Shown here: piece by piece, positions 19,454 through 30,357 of the stretch
How the letters are laid out: every line of letters begins with the position of its first letter
How positions within the stretch are numbered: position 1 is the stretch's first letter
IMG/VR virus record: IMGVR_UViG_3300032220_000872
Coordinates: 19,838-83,837 of that record
From: a virus
Strand: one strand, 5' to 3'
Length of the DNA stretch: 64,000 nucleotides
Notes under the pieces: generated by a model
The model's database searches: none
Seen by the model: only the letters and a program-made list of their open reading frames with translations
What the model was told of the DNA's origin: nothing
Made by a program: the position numbers and the translations under genes

Positions 19454-20353
19454 ATGGCAGTAGGTGATCTAATAACAGCAGCAAGGTACAACGTGATTCA
19501 ATCCACAGTGGCCAATGTGCTGAGCACAGGATCAGGAGATTCTGGTTATGGTCAAGCACTGCAAAGTTCGCAAGTGGCACAAAATCAGTTGATTGAAGAC
19601 GATCACATGAACACTTTGAGATTGGACATTCGCAAAGCCTATCTGCATCAGAACAATTCATATCCCACACTCACAACAGTGAGCACTGCAGACACAGTGA
19701 CTGATAACACACTAAACAATTCATATGCAACTTTTGAAACATTGGCCACCAACATCAACACCAATAGAAACACCATCAGTGCCAGCAGATTGACCACAGG
19801 CAACACTGCTTCCAGTTATGTGAGAACCACCACTTGGAATGCCACACGTGTGGGCAATTTCACAGTGACTTTTGCCAGCACCACTGCTGCTAGACATTTT
19901 TTTAATTCAGGCGGAGCTGTGCAGATTGATATGAACATATCCGGCAGCACCACTGCTAAGGTCAACGATTGGAACACATTGTTTGGAACCAATATGGGCA
20001 CACTAACTTTTGCCAATCTAGCTTCCAGCAGATCAGGATCAGCTGGCACACTGTCTTCATCAGTGGCCTATACCACACTGACCACCACGTTCCAAACTGT
20101 GTACACCACCAGTGCTGCAGGCACTTACAGTTCCAACAATTTTAATATTCAAGTGCGATTCACTGATGTTTCTAATCTAGTGATAGAGTTTCAAATCACC
20201 CTGAATGATGCTGCTGCAGGCACCGTGGACGAAGATGTGAATGGCAATCTCAACATCAACGTGAATAGACGTATTGCCAACGGGGCACTGAGTGATCCTA
20301 TCACCATCACGGAACCTGTTTTTGGTGCCATGAGCGGCACTGTGACTGCCTAA
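19454..20353 (+). CDS. Putative virion structural/tail-associated protein (T/S/N-rich)
   Basis: 299-aa ORF in the structural module; GYGQ and ARHFFNSGG motifs typical of phage tail-associated proteins. Confidence 0.6.
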   Translation: MAVGDLITAARYNVIQSTVANVLSTGSGDSGYGQALQSSQVAQNQLIEDDHMNTLRLDIRKAYLHQNNSYPTLTTVSTADTVTDNTLNNSYATFETLATNINTNRNTISASRLTTGNTASSYVRTTTWNATRVGNFTVTFASTTAARHFFNSGGAVQIDMNISGSTTAKVNDWNTLFGTNMGTLTFANLASSRSGSAGTLSSSVAYTTLTTTFQTVYTTSAAGTYSSNNFNIQVRFTDVSNLVIEFQITLNDAAAGTVDEDVNGNLNINVNRRIANGALSDPITITEPVFGAMSGTVTA

Positions 20354-20386
20354 ACCATTTCACCAATCACCAAAACCTAATCTATC

Positions 20387-20443
20387 TAAATATCAACAGC
20401 AGTTGACTTTTGGCTGAAAATCTTATATAATTTCAACTAGGAG
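20387..20443 (+). promoter_or_regulatory. Tandem late (TAAATA 20387-20392) and sigma70 promoter (TTGACT 20403-20408, 17 nt, TATAAT 20426-20431) plus AGGAG SD
   Basis: Near-consensus -35/-10 with a 17-nt spacer read directly from the sequence. Confidence 0.8.
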
Positions 20444-20447
20444 AATC

Positions 20448-20786
20448 ATGAATATGACAGACATAGAAGATAGACTCAGTGCAGTCAATCAAATGGAAAA
20501 TTTTAATAATCAGTTGCAGTTATTAAAAGACAAATTTGTGGACAGCAATATTTTGTTTTATCAAGGACATCAGTTCACAGTCACGGGCAATCTGTTGAGC
20601 TTGTGCAAGTCATACATAGACCTACATAGAACCAAAGATGTAGTATTATTGGATGACTATCAAACACCAGTTTTGGTGAACAATTTGGAAGAATATAACT
20701 CTGCTGCTTGGCACACATATCAAACCAATCTCAATCAATATTACACAGAATATCAAACGCTGATCAAAAATAAAGGACAGATTTAA
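20448..20786 (+). CDS. Hypothetical protein (possible tail-fibre assembly/DUF4376-like)
   Basis: 112-aa ORF with strong SD, immediately after the fibre genes. Confidence 0.55.
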   Translation: MNMTDIEDRLSAVNQMENFNNQLQLLKDKFVDSNILFYQGHQFTVTGNLLSLCKSYIDLHRTKDVVLLDDYQTPVLVNNLEEYNSAAWHTYQTNLNQYYTEYQTLIKNKGQI

Positions 20787-20789
20787 GCC

Positions 20790-21641
20790 ATGAAATCTCA
20801 AGGCATTGTGATGTTTGCTCACAACAATGAAACAGTTGATTACGTGAAGCAGGCTATTTTTGCTGCTGTGCAGGTCAAAAAACATCTACATCTACCAGTG
20901 ACTTTGATCACTTCCAATCAAGCACATCTCAATAACAAATATAAAAAACAAGCCACAGTGTTTGATCAAGTGATAGATATCAATGAGCATCAAACTCATC
21001 AGACCAAAGATTTTTACAATGGTATGGAACACAAGATTAAAGATGTTTGGAAAAATCATTTGAGATCCACTGCTTATGAACTGACTCCATATGATGAAAC
21101 CATTGTGATGGACACTGACTATATAGTGGGCAATGCCAATTTACTAAGATGTTTTCACAGCAAAGAAGATTTTTTAATACATCAGAAATCCATTTATATC
21201 AATTATTTCAATCAACCCGAATGGAAAATCAAATACATCAGTGAAACAGGCATGGAAATGTATTGGGCCACTGTGTTCTATTTCAAAAAAACTCACAGAG
21301 TCAAACAATTGTTTGATCTGATTGCACACATTAAAAATCATTGGGACTTTTATAGATTCACATGGCAGATACATGAACCAAATTTTAGAAATGATTTTGC
21401 TTTCAGCATGGCCATACACATGTTGAATGGATATTGCAAAGGTGCATGGCCACAACGCTTGCCAGATTCGTTGTATTATATCACTGACCGAGACAAAGCC
21501 GACAATTTCGACCAGGACTGTTGGACTGTTTCATTGTACAACACCCAAGGATATACAAAAACTTTAGCCAAACACATTAATCTACACGTGATGAACAAAT
21601 TTAGTTTGGACCACATCATTGATCAGGAGTTTTCCAAATGA
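20790..21641 (+). CDS. GT-A fold glycosyltransferase-like protein (GT8-like)
   Basis: TPYDETIVMDTD (DxD), FRNDFAFS; paralogue of the next gene. Confidence 0.7.
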   Translation: MKSQGIVMFAHNNETVDYVKQAIFAAVQVKKHLHLPVTLITSNQAHLNNKYKKQATVFDQVIDINEHQTHQTKDFYNGMEHKIKDVWKNHLRSTAYELTPYDETIVMDTDYIVGNANLLRCFHSKEDFLIHQKSIYINYFNQPEWKIKYISETGMEMYWATVFYFKKTHRVKQLFDLIAHIKNHWDFYRFTWQIHEPNFRNDFAFSMAIHMLNGYCKGAWPQRLPDSLYYITDRDKADNFDQDCWTVSLYNTQGYTKTLAKHINLHVMNKFSLDHIIDQEFSK

Positions 21642-22486
21642 TAGAACAAGGATTCTGTGTGTTTGCACAGCAAAATGAACAAGTGGACTATGTGAGACAA
21701 GCACATGCATTGGCCATGAGCATCAAAACGCACATGCCTCACAGCAAAATATGTTTGATCACAAATGTTAACATCACAAAAGCTGTGTCCTCAGTATTTG
21801 ATCATGTGGTGGATATTCCTGGCATGGATGAAGCTGTGGATCAAGATTGGAAAATACAGAATAGATATAAAATTTACACAGCTACTCCTTTCAAACATTC
21901 AATAATATTGGATGCAGATATGTTGGTGTTGAATGATATCAGTCATTGGTGGAAGTTTTTAAAAAACTACAAAATGTATTTCACCAGTGCAGTTAAAAAT
22001 TACAGAGATGAATTCAATCACAGTGATCACTATCGCAAAACTTTCACAAGCAATAGTCTACCTAATCTTTACTGTGGTGTGCATTACTATCAAAGATGCA
22101 AAGAAAATGATCAGTTTGTGGAACTTTTACGAGATATAGTGAGAAATCACACATTGTTCTATGACAGATTCACTCCCAAACACACTCAAAAATGGTGCAG
22201 CATGGATGTGAGTGTGGCGCTGGCCAGTAAACTATTGGGTATCACTGAAAAAATTACCAGCCGAACACCTTACATCACATTCACTCATATGAAACCTCAT
22301 CTTCAAGACTGGAAAACAGTGCCAGATCATTGGATGAAAAAAGTAAATGTGTATCATGACATGGAAGGTCATATTAAAATTGACAATTTTCGTCAACGTG
22401 GAGTATTGCATTATGTGGAGAATGAATTTTTAACTGATGAATTGTTTGAAATTATTGAAAAAAAATATTATGAATCAAACCAATAA
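21638..22486 (+). CDS. GT-A fold glycosyltransferase-like protein (GT8-like)
   Basis: TPFKHSIILDADML (DxD), late FTHMK His motif; ATGA overlap with its paralogue. Confidence 0.7.
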   Translation: MIEQGFCVFAQQNEQVDYVRQAHALAMSIKTHMPHSKICLITNVNITKAVSSVFDHVVDIPGMDEAVDQDWKIQNRYKIYTATPFKHSIILDADMLVLNDISHWWKFLKNYKMYFTSAVKNYRDEFNHSDHYRKTFTSNSLPNLYCGVHYYQRCKENDQFVELLRDIVRNHTLFYDRFTPKHTQKWCSMDVSVALASKLLGITEKITSRTPYITFTHMKPHLQDWKTVPDHWMKKVNVYHDMEGHIKIDNFRQRGVLHYVENEFLTDELFEIIEKKYYESNQ

Positions 22487-23048
22487 TTATATGTACGTGA
22501 CATTTGATCCAGAATCAGGAAAAATTTTAGGCTGTTCAGGTAGCAAAACCAACAACAGTCTGGCCATAGATACTGCTTTAGGTGAAAAATTTATCATGGG
22601 TGCAGAGTCCATACACAAATACAAGGTGATATATCATAATGGTCAATATCAAATTCAAAAACATGGAGTGTTAAACCCCGTGGAAAACGTAATTCATTCT
22701 AAAAAAACTGAAATAATCAATCAGAATATTTACAAAATTCCTAATAAAATTAAAACTCACAGTGGCATACAAATAAAATTGCATTTGAATCAAAACAAAA
22801 TTGAATTTGTTGCGGACAAAATATTCAAAAAAACTTTGGAGACCATAGTTTCCAAAGAAAACCATCGTACCCATAAGTTTTATTGTTGTAAACTCAACGA
22901 TGCCACACAACTGATTCAAACATTGGATCTAAATCTTTATGAATTACTTACTCAAGACAGTGTGCAGATCGATATGAATGCAAAAACAAACATGGACATT
23001 TACTGTAGAAAGATTTTTGATTACTCTATTGAAAGGATTTATGCATAA
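22470..23048 (+). CDS. Hypothetical protein
   Basis: ORF overlapping both neighbours in an operon; start chosen at ATG 22470. Confidence 0.6.
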   Translation: MNQTNNYMYVTFDPESGKILGCSGSKTNNSLAIDTALGEKFIMGAESIHKYKVIYHNGQYQIQKHGVLNPVENVIHSKKTEIINQNIYKIPNKIKTHSGIQIKLHLNQNKIEFVADKIFKKTLETIVSKENHRTHKFYCCKLNDATQLIQTLDLNLYELLTQDSVQIDMNAKTNMDIYCRKIFDYSIERIYA

Positions 23049-23949
23049 GATTGCTATCAAAGATTGTGATATTATATTTTTAAGTTATGATGAGCCCAAT
23101 GCTGACAGAAATTATGCAGATTTAAAAAGAAAAATACCTTGGGCTAAAAGAGTTCACGGCGTGGAAGGGTCAGATGCTGCACACAAAGCCTGTGCTGCTG
23201 TGTCTGACACAGAATATTTTTTAACTGTGGATGGAGACACACAAATAGATTCTAAATTTCTTAATGTTCAACTGGATCTCAACAGCATGGGCATGGATGA
23301 TTCATACATCTTCAGCTGGTGTGGACATACCAATGTGAATGGATTGAAGTATGGCAATGGCAGTTTAAAGTTATGGACTAAAACTTTTGTGAATGAGATG
23401 AAAACACATGAAAATTACTCTGGTAAGGATAACAATGAGATAGAATTTTGTTATTTTGATAAACTATTTCAATTCAATGAAAATTATTCTACCAGTTACA
23501 TCAATAGCACACCCAAACAAGCATGGCGAGCTGGATTTAGAGAAGGCGTCAAAATGAGTTTGTACAAAAATTTTAAAATACAGTCGTTGGACCAACTGTG
23601 GTGGCAAAATTATCATAGATTATTGATTTGGATGACTGTGGGTCAGGATGTGGAATATGGTATTTGGGCTATTGCGGGAGCCAGAGAAGGATGCTACAGA
23701 ACACTTTGCACCACATGGGATTTCAAACAAGTGAGAGATTTTAAAATTTTAGAACAATTATGGATCAGTACCAGCAACAATAACAGCATGAATGCACAGG
23801 ATGTCAAACAAAAATGTGTTTCTTTGGGCAAAATGATCAAAGAAAAATTCCAAATGGAATTTCCCACTGAACCATATGATGCAGAAAGCAGTGCATTTTT
23901 CAAAAAGGTATATATTAATTCACCTAGAACTATTAGAAAGACCATATGA
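23041..23949 (+). CDS. Phage glycosyltransferase-like protein (GT-A, DGD motif)
   Basis: FLSYDEPNA...RVHGVEG..AAH...TVDGD...YGNG.LKLW...AWRAGFREGVK; paralogue of the next gene. Confidence 0.65.
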   Translation: MHKIAIKDCDIIFLSYDEPNADRNYADLKRKIPWAKRVHGVEGSDAAHKACAAVSDTEYFLTVDGDTQIDSKFLNVQLDLNSMGMDDSYIFSWCGHTNVNGLKYGNGSLKLWTKTFVNEMKTHENYSGKDNNEIEFCYFDKLFQFNENYSTSYINSTPKQAWRAGFREGVKMSLYKNFKIQSLDQLWWQNYHRLLIWMTVGQDVEYGIWAIAGAREGCYRTLCTTWDFKQVRDFKILEQLWISTSNNNSMNAQDVKQKCVSLGKMIKEKFQMEFPTEPYDAESSAFFKKVYINSPRTIRKTI

Positions 23950-24653
23950 TGTACGATATATTTTTTATCAGTTACAATGAACCCAACGCAGATCAAAATT
24001 ATGCTCTGTTAAAACAAAGATTTCCATTGGCACAAAGAGTTCACGGTGTAAAAGGCATTCAACAAGCACACATTAGAGCTGCCACGTTGAGTTTAACTCA
24101 AATGTTTTGGGTAGTGGACGGTGATGCTGTGGTTAAAGATGATTTTCAGTTTGATTATGAAGTGCCTGACAGAGACATGGATGCTGTGCATGTGTGGAGG
24201 AGTTCAAATCCCATCAACGAATTAGAATATGGTTACGGTGGAGTAAAATTATTGCCTAAAAAATTAACCATGCATATGGATCCTAACAGAATAGACATGA
24301 CCACCAGCATATCCAATAGATTTAGAGCCATGTACGAAGTATCCAACAGCACAGATTTCAACACAGATCCATTCAACACATGGAAAAGTGCTTTCAGAGA
24401 GTGTGTCAAACTCAGCAGCAAAGTGATTGATCGTCAAGTGGACAAAGAAACTGAAAAAAGATTATTGATCTGGTGCACAGTGGGTGCAGATCAACCATAT
24501 GGAGAATATGCCATTGCTGGAGCACTGGCAGGCAGAGTGTATGGCACAGACAACAGAAGTAATTCAGATGCTTTAAGAATGATCAATAATTTTGAATGGT
24601 TGCGATTGGCGTTTGTGGGACAATTTCCATACATGGAGAAAGAAATATTATGA
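23946..24653 (+). CDS. Phage glycosyltransferase-like protein (GT-A, DGD motif)
   Basis: FISYNEPNA...RVHGVKG..QAH...VVDGD...YGYGGVKL...TWKSAFRECVK. Confidence 0.65.
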   Translation: MMYDIFFISYNEPNADQNYALLKQRFPLAQRVHGVKGIQQAHIRAATLSLTQMFWVVDGDAVVKDDFQFDYEVPDRDMDAVHVWRSSNPINELEYGYGGVKLLPKKLTMHMDPNRIDMTTSISNRFRAMYEVSNSTDFNTDPFNTWKSAFRECVKLSSKVIDRQVDKETEKRLLIWCTVGADQPYGEYAIAGALAGRVYGTDNRSNSDALRMINNFEWLRLAFVGQFPYMEKEIL

Positions 24654-25651
24654 TAGATTCTAACATTCCATTTGATAAAATCATAAACTTTGGTCAACGC
24701 ACCATGCTGGACAGCAAATTGTTTTCTGTGAGTTGGATCTTGGCTCGTTTTTGCAACTATGATTGTTCTTATTGCTGGCCTTATGCCAAAAGCAAACAGA
24801 AAGATCACAGACCATTGTCAGTTTACACAGCAGTGGTGGATGAAATCAAGCGCCAGGCTAGACTGAATGGATTCACAGACTATCATTTCAGTTTTTCAGG
24901 TGGAGAACCCACTGCCTACAAAGATTTTTTACAATTGGTACAGCATTACAGTGCTGATTCTGCTCCAGAATATCAGAGTATTCACATGACCACTAACCTA
25001 AGTCCTTCAGAAAAATGGTGGGAAAGATGGTTAGAAGCCACAAAATCATTAAACCGTCGCAGCATCACTGCAAGTTTTCATGCTGAATTTGCTGATGAAC
25101 AAAAATTTGGAGATAAAATATTACTGTTGATGAAGAACAATGTGTTTGTCACAATCAATCAAGTGATGGTGCCTAATAGATTCACAGAATACTATGACAG
25201 GTGTGCAAGATTTAATTCCAGAGGTATCAATGTCACACTCAAACCACAGAGTGATCCCACAGCAAGTTTTGTTGTTGAAGGTTATACTCCGGATCAACTG
25301 AATACTTTACAAACAGGTTTCCCTCAACGCATACAAGAAGGTGAAAATTACAAAAATTTATTTCAAATTGAAATGACGGATGCTCAAGGCAACAAGTATT
25401 ACATGGATCAAGCAGAGAGATTTAATGCTTTTGGCTTTAATAAATTCAAAGGATGGCACTGTAATGCTGGATATCAAAGTTGTGTCATAAGAGAACCAGG
25501 TGGAGAAGTCAAAAGAAGTTACAGTTGTCATGATGAACCACTGGGCAGCATAGAACAAGGATTTAAACTGTTTGATAAACCAAGAATTTGCATAACTCCC
25601 ACTTGTGTGAGTTCAGCAGATTCAAAAATTCCCAAGGCCAAACATGTATAG
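24650..25651 (+). CDS. Radical SAM protein with C-terminal Cys-rich (twitch-like) domain
   Basis: CNYDCSYC, SGGEPT, C-terminal C.AG...C...C...C. Confidence 0.9.
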   Translation: MIDSNIPFDKIINFGQRTMLDSKLFSVSWILARFCNYDCSYCWPYAKSKQKDHRPLSVYTAVVDEIKRQARLNGFTDYHFSFSGGEPTAYKDFLQLVQHYSADSAPEYQSIHMTTNLSPSEKWWERWLEATKSLNRRSITASFHAEFADEQKFGDKILLLMKNNVFVTINQVMVPNRFTEYYDRCARFNSRGINVTLKPQSDPTASFVVEGYTPDQLNTLQTGFPQRIQEGENYKNLFQIEMTDAQGNKYYMDQAERFNAFGFNKFKGWHCNAGYQSCVIREPGGEVKRSYSCHDEPLGSIEQGFKLFDKPRICITPTCVSSADSKIPKAKHV

Positions 25652-26633
25652 ATATCAAGATATAAAAGATATTCATTTGGAAATCACCAGCAAGTGTCAA
25701 GCCCGATGTCCTATGTGTCCCAGAAGAATCAGTGGAGGACCATTGAATCCATTTATCAAACTGGATGAGATAACTTTGGATGTATTTAAAAAATGGTTTG
25801 AACTGGATTTTATAAAACAATTGGACAGTTTGTTTATGTGCGGTAATTTGGGAGATCCTATCATATCCAAAGACACATTGGAAATATATCAGTATTTGCG
25901 TGAAGCGAATCCCAATATTAGATTGGCCATGCACACCAACGGCAGTGCTAGAGATCCAGAATGGTGGCAAAGATTGGCTCAATTGAAAGTGAAAGTAACA
26001 TTTGGCATTGATGGCCTGGCTGATACTCATCATCTTTATAGGATCAGTACAGATTTTAACAAAATAATTGAAAATGCTCAAGCATTTATCTCAGCAGGTG
26101 GAGTGGCCAAATGGCACATGCTGGTGTTTGCTCACAATGAACATCAGATTGAAGAAGCAAGAACTATGAGTAAACAAATGGGCTTTGTGGATTTTTCAAT
26201 CAAACACACTTCTAGATTCAAACAAGATTATCTGCAAGTGATTGATGATATGGGTAGACCCACACACAGAATTCAACCCACTCAAACCAGTTTGGACATG
26301 ATTCCTTTGGCTGAAGCAGCACAAAAAGAAGTCAAACCACACATTGTTTGTAAGGCACAAAAATACAAACAGTTGTATGTGAGTGCGTGTGGCAATGTAT
26401 CACCTTGCTGTTGGTTGGATATGGAATGGATACCTCCCATGCAAGAATCTAGAATAGATTACATGGAAAAAATTTCAGAATTTCCCAACTTGCATCGTAA
26501 AACATTGAAAGAAATATTTGACGGTGGATTTTTTTCAAAAATAGAAGCACAATGGAGTACAGTGGGATTGAAAGAATGCACCAAACAATGCGGTTCATTT
26601 GATAAACTAGGAGTACAATTTGTTGAAAATTAA
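25644..26633 (+). CDS. Radical SAM protein with SPASM/twitch domain
   Basis: CQARCPMC, GNLGDP, TNGS, C-terminal C...VSPCC...C...C. Confidence 0.9.
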   Translation: MYRYQDIKDIHLEITSKCQARCPMCPRRISGGPLNPFIKLDEITLDVFKKWFELDFIKQLDSLFMCGNLGDPIISKDTLEIYQYLREANPNIRLAMHTNGSARDPEWWQRLAQLKVKVTFGIDGLADTHHLYRISTDFNKIIENAQAFISAGGVAKWHMLVFAHNEHQIEEARTMSKQMGFVDFSIKHTSRFKQDYLQVIDDMGRPTHRIQPTQTSLDMIPLAEAAQKEVKPHIVCKAQKYKQLYVSACGNVSPCCWLDMEWIPPMQESRIDYMEKISEFPNLHRKTLKEIFDGGFFSKIEAQWSTVGLKECTKQCGSFDKLGVQFVEN

Positions 26634-27234
26634 TATACAAGACGTTTTATTTTGGATGGATGCTATCAGACAATCTGATGATAGATATCGCACACTGGAA
26701 AGTTTTTGGAAAGGTCAAATCAACAGCAAAGTATGGTTGATTGAACAATTAAAAAAATTACCCAGAGCACACAGTATGGATATTTTAATTTGTGGTGGAT
26801 GGTATGGAGTGATGGCCACACTTTTATTCAACAGTGATCTGTATGTGAACAAAATAACCAGCATGGACATAGACAGCAAGTGTGAAAACACAGCAAACAC
26901 CATGAACAAACAGTATGAAATCGCTGGAAGATTCCGTGCTGTCACTCAAGACATGATGACTTATAAAGATTATGATCGTTATGACATGATTATTAACACA
27001 GTGTGTGAGCATTTGACAACAGAACAATACAATGAATGGTTGAATTTAATACCCAAAGACAAAATTATTGTGTTGCAAAGCAATGACTATGTGATTCCTG
27101 AACATGTGAATCCCATGAAAGATTTAAATCAGTTTGTTTCACAAAGCAAACTGTATCCTATAATGGAACCCAGCGAATTACAAACAGAAAAATACAAAAG
27201 ATTTATGATTGTAGGAAAGAAAAATGAAAAATAA
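26620..27234 (+). CDS. Class I SAM-dependent methyltransferase-like protein
   Basis: ILICGGWYG glycine loop, SMDID acidic motif, INTVCEH; TTG start overlapping the upstream gene. Confidence 0.7.
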   Translation: MLKINIQDVLFWMDAIRQSDDRYRTLESFWKGQINSKVWLIEQLKKLPRAHSMDILICGGWYGVMATLLFNSDLYVNKITSMDIDSKCENTANTMNKQYEIAGRFRAVTQDMMTYKDYDRYDMIINTVCEHLTTEQYNEWLNLIPKDKIIVLQSNDYVIPEHVNPMKDLNQFVSQSKLYPIMEPSELQTEKYKRFMIVGKKNEK

Positions 27235-28492
27235 AAGTTGTACATTTTGTATGCATCCATTCACAGGATTGGCCACCAGAGAAGATGGTGCTATCAAGGT
27301 GTGTTGCAGAAGTTTACCCATCAGTAACATACAAAATGAAACCATAGAACAAGCATGGAACAATGAAAAAATGCGTGAAGTGCGACGTCAAGTGTTGAAC
27401 AATGAGCGACCCGATGTGTGTGCACCTTGTTTTGATTTGGAAGATCAAGGAGTGCAAAGTTTGCGACAAAGACACATCAGTGACAATATTCCAGAATCAA
27501 GGATCAATCTTTATCCCACAGCACTGGACAGTTTAAAAGAAGATTACACCATGCCTTTTGAATTGCCCACTATGGAAATTAAAATTAATAACTTGTGTAA
27601 TTTAAAATGTCGTATGTGTAATCCATTGGACAGTACTCAATGGAAAGATTGGAACAGCATAGTGGATCATTACAAGAAAGAAAACAATTACTTGGTCAAA
27701 GCAGTGGAAGATCTTGGTTTGACACAGGCACCACACGTGGATCTTTTCGAAGATAAACCACACTTTTGGGACAATTTAAAAAAACTTATTCCTCATTTTA
27801 AACGTGTGGAGTTTGCTGGTGGTGAACCTCTGATGGATCCCACACATTACAAAATATTAGACCTATTAAGCACCAATGGATCCAACATTGAAATCAAATA
27901 TGCCACCAATGGCACAGTGTTGGGAATCAAAGGTGGAAGAACCATACAAGACTACTGGCCTAAATTCAAAAGTGTGGCAGTGAATGTGAGCATTGACGGA
28001 ATCTTTGACACTTATGAATATATCCGAGGCAATGGCAAGTTTATGGATGTGGTCAACAACATAAAAATAATGAAACAAATACCCACAGTGAGTAGAATAG
28101 TGGGAGCATTCACAGTGCAAGCCAACAATATTATGCAAATAGACCGTGTGATTGATTACTTTTTAAATGATTTGGGCATTGTGTTTTACAGTCACAGAGT
28201 AAACTATCCCCGAGCATTGAGTGCTCAAGTGTTGCCTACAAAATTAAAAAATCAAGTGATAGACAAACTGGAAGCAATGAAACCTCGAATTAAAGATTAT
28301 GCATTGGTCCAACAGCATCCAATATTGGAAAAAATTACTCTACAACAAATACAGGACAACATTAATTTTTTAAAAGCCAGAGATCTTAATCAATACTGGA
28401 TGGATTGTGTGGACTTTAATCGTAAATTAGACATCACAAGAAATCAAGGACCTTTTGAAAAAATAAATCCGGAGTTTGCTGATTATGTTTAA
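27224..28492 (+). CDS. Radical SAM protein with N-terminal SPASM/twitch-like domain
   Basis: N-terminal C..P...ATREDG..KVCC...C..C, then CNLKCRMC, AGGEPL, TNG. Confidence 0.9.
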   Translation: MKNKSCTFCMHPFTGLATREDGAIKVCCRSLPISNIQNETIEQAWNNEKMREVRRQVLNNERPDVCAPCFDLEDQGVQSLRQRHISDNIPESRINLYPTALDSLKEDYTMPFELPTMEIKINNLCNLKCRMCNPLDSTQWKDWNSIVDHYKKENNYLVKAVEDLGLTQAPHVDLFEDKPHFWDNLKKLIPHFKRVEFAGGEPLMDPTHYKILDLLSTNGSNIEIKYATNGTVLGIKGGRTIQDYWPKFKSVAVNVSIDGIFDTYEYIRGNGKFMDVVNNIKIMKQIPTVSRIVGAFTVQANNIMQIDRVIDYFLNDLGIVFYSHRVNYPRALSAQVLPTKLKNQVIDKLEAMKPRIKDYALVQQHPILEKITLQQIQDNINFLKARDLNQYWMDCVDFNRKLDITRNQGPFEKINPEFADYV

Positions 28493-29387
28493 GGTAGAAC
28501 ATTTACATCCTCATATTAGAAACAGTGTCAAAGTGGAATGGAATCTTGGCAAACGATGCAATTTGGATTGCAGCTATTGTCCAGCTGAAATACATGACAA
28601 TCACAGTGAACACACTGATATAAAAATACTGAAACGCACTGTGGACACATTGAGCGTCATACCCAATGTGAGAATCAGTTTGACTGGCGGTGAACCTTGT
28701 GTGCATCCACACATAGAACAGTTATTACAACATGCTAAAAATAAAATTGGTTGGATCAATGTCACCACCAATGGTACCAGAACTGTGGAATTCTACCAAA
28801 ATATTTTGGAAAATTATATCAATCACATTGTGTTCAGTGTGCATTTCGAATCTGATTGGCTGAAGGTGATAAACACAATTATCAAGGTTTACACACAGTC
28901 TGCCAACAAAAATGTTCTAGTGCATATGATGATGCTACCAGGGCGTTTAAAAGACGTTAAAGACGCTTGCAAGGCTCTTTTAGATGCGGGCATACGCTAT
29001 GCATTAAGACCCATACGCTGGACCAAAACACACGATGATTTTGAAGACATGATTCATTACAGTGAAGAAGAGAAAGAATTTTTGGCAGTAAGCAATCACA
29101 CACCACCAAAAAATACTCTTATAGACAACACAGTGGAATGCAATGTGAATGATTTGCTGATCAACAAAACCAATCAATTCCAAGGATGGAGTTGTATGGC
29201 TGGTGTGGAAAGTTTAATGATCAATTGGGATGGTGAAGTTCACCGAGCCACTTGTAGAGTGGGTGGCAGTTTGGGCAACATTTATCAAGACACTTTTATA
29301 AAACCCACAACCTCAGTTGACTGCACTCGCACATGGTGCACTTGTGCTGCAGACATAAACATAACCAAGTTGAACAATGCTGATTGA
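28485..29387 (+). CDS. Radical SAM protein (twitch-like C-terminus)
   Basis: CNLDCSYC, TGGEPC, TTNG, GWSCMAG...C...C...CTC. Confidence 0.9.
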   Translation: MFKVEHLHPHIRNSVKVEWNLGKRCNLDCSYCPAEIHDNHSEHTDIKILKRTVDTLSVIPNVRISLTGGEPCVHPHIEQLLQHAKNKIGWINVTTNGTRTVEFYQNILENYINHIVFSVHFESDWLKVINTIIKVYTQSANKNVLVHMMMLPGRLKDVKDACKALLDAGIRYALRPIRWTKTHDDFEDMIHYSEEEKEFLAVSNHTPPKNTLIDNTVECNVNDLLINKTNQFQGWSCMAGVESLMINWDGEVHRATCRVGGSLGNIYQDTFIKPTTSVDCTRTWCTCAADINITKLNNAD

Positions 29388-30357
29388 AAAAATAGATTAT
29401 AAATTTAAAGAATTTAATCGTGTGCTGCAGATTGAATGGACACTGGGCAACACTTGCAATTACAATTGTTCATACTGCCTGCCCATACTGCACAACAATA
29501 GTTTTCCTTGGATAAACTTGGATGAAAGCAAAACATTCATAGACAAGTTGCACAATCATTACAGCAACCTAGGTATCACAGATTACATTTGGAAATTTGG
29601 TGGAGGTGAACCCACGCTATACAAAGATTTTGCCGAATTGTGTGCCTACATAAATTCCAAATCCAACAATTATATCATACCCATTACCAATGGCAGTAGA
29701 AAATTACACTGGTGGCAGGAGCATGCTAAAAACTTTTTTGCTGTGCATTTCAGCATTCATCCAGAATTTGTGGATCCCAATCACATTGTGGCAGTGTGTG
29801 ATAATTTGATAGAACAAAAAATCGACAGCATCTGTCATGTGATGATGAAGCCCAACGATTGGAATAAATGTTTGGAAATAGTAGAAGTATTAAAAAACAG
29901 TCAACACAAACAATGGGGCATACAAGCCAAGCCTTTACATCACACTTGGGAATCAGACACTGCAGAAGAAAGAGATTTATATCCTTACACTGCAGAACAA
30001 AAACAAATTTTTCAAGCTCCTATCAGAGCACAAAGCAGAATCAGTCCAAGAGTGGATTCTAAATTGAATAGAGACATGTACATGGTCACTGAGGAAGGCA
30101 TCAAAGATTTTGATCCTTATTGGGCAGTCACTCATGACATTGTGGACTGGAGTGGGTTCAAATGCGACGCAGGCATCAATAGAATATACATAAATTATGA
30201 CAAACGTATGTATTTGGGAGCAGGCTGTAGAGTTGAATTAAATAATTTTGTTGGAAAAAAATACAATGAAGAATTTGAATTTCCCACAAAATCAATCATT
30301 TGTAATCAAAGGAGATGTGTATGTATCGCGGACGTGCAGGTGCCCAAAAACAGATAG
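29377..30357 (+). CDS. Radical SAM protein (twitch-like C-terminus)
   Basis: CNYNCSYC, GGGEPT, TNGSR, C.AG...C...C...CVC. Confidence 0.9.
   Translation: MLIEKIDYKFKEFNRVLQIEWTLGNTCNYNCSYCLPILHNNSFPWINLDESKTFIDKLHNHYSNLGITDYIWKFGGGEPTLYKDFAELCAYINSKSNNYIIPITNGSRKLHWWQEHAKNFFAVHFSIHPEFVDPNHIVAVCDNLIEQKIDSICHVMMKPNDWNKCLEIVEVLKNSQHKQWGIQAKPLHHTWESDTAEERDLYPYTAEQKQIFQAPIRAQSRISPRVDSKLNRDMYMVTEEGIKDFDPYWAVTHDIVDWSGFKCDAGINRIYINYDKRMYLGAGCRVELNNFVGKKYNEEFEFPTKSIICNQRRCVCIADVQVPKNR

Noticed and set aside
1092-20049. Many 60-184 aa antisense ORFs within the structural genes
   Set aside because: Shadow ORFs of long genes with biased codon usage; no SD, motifs or promoter support
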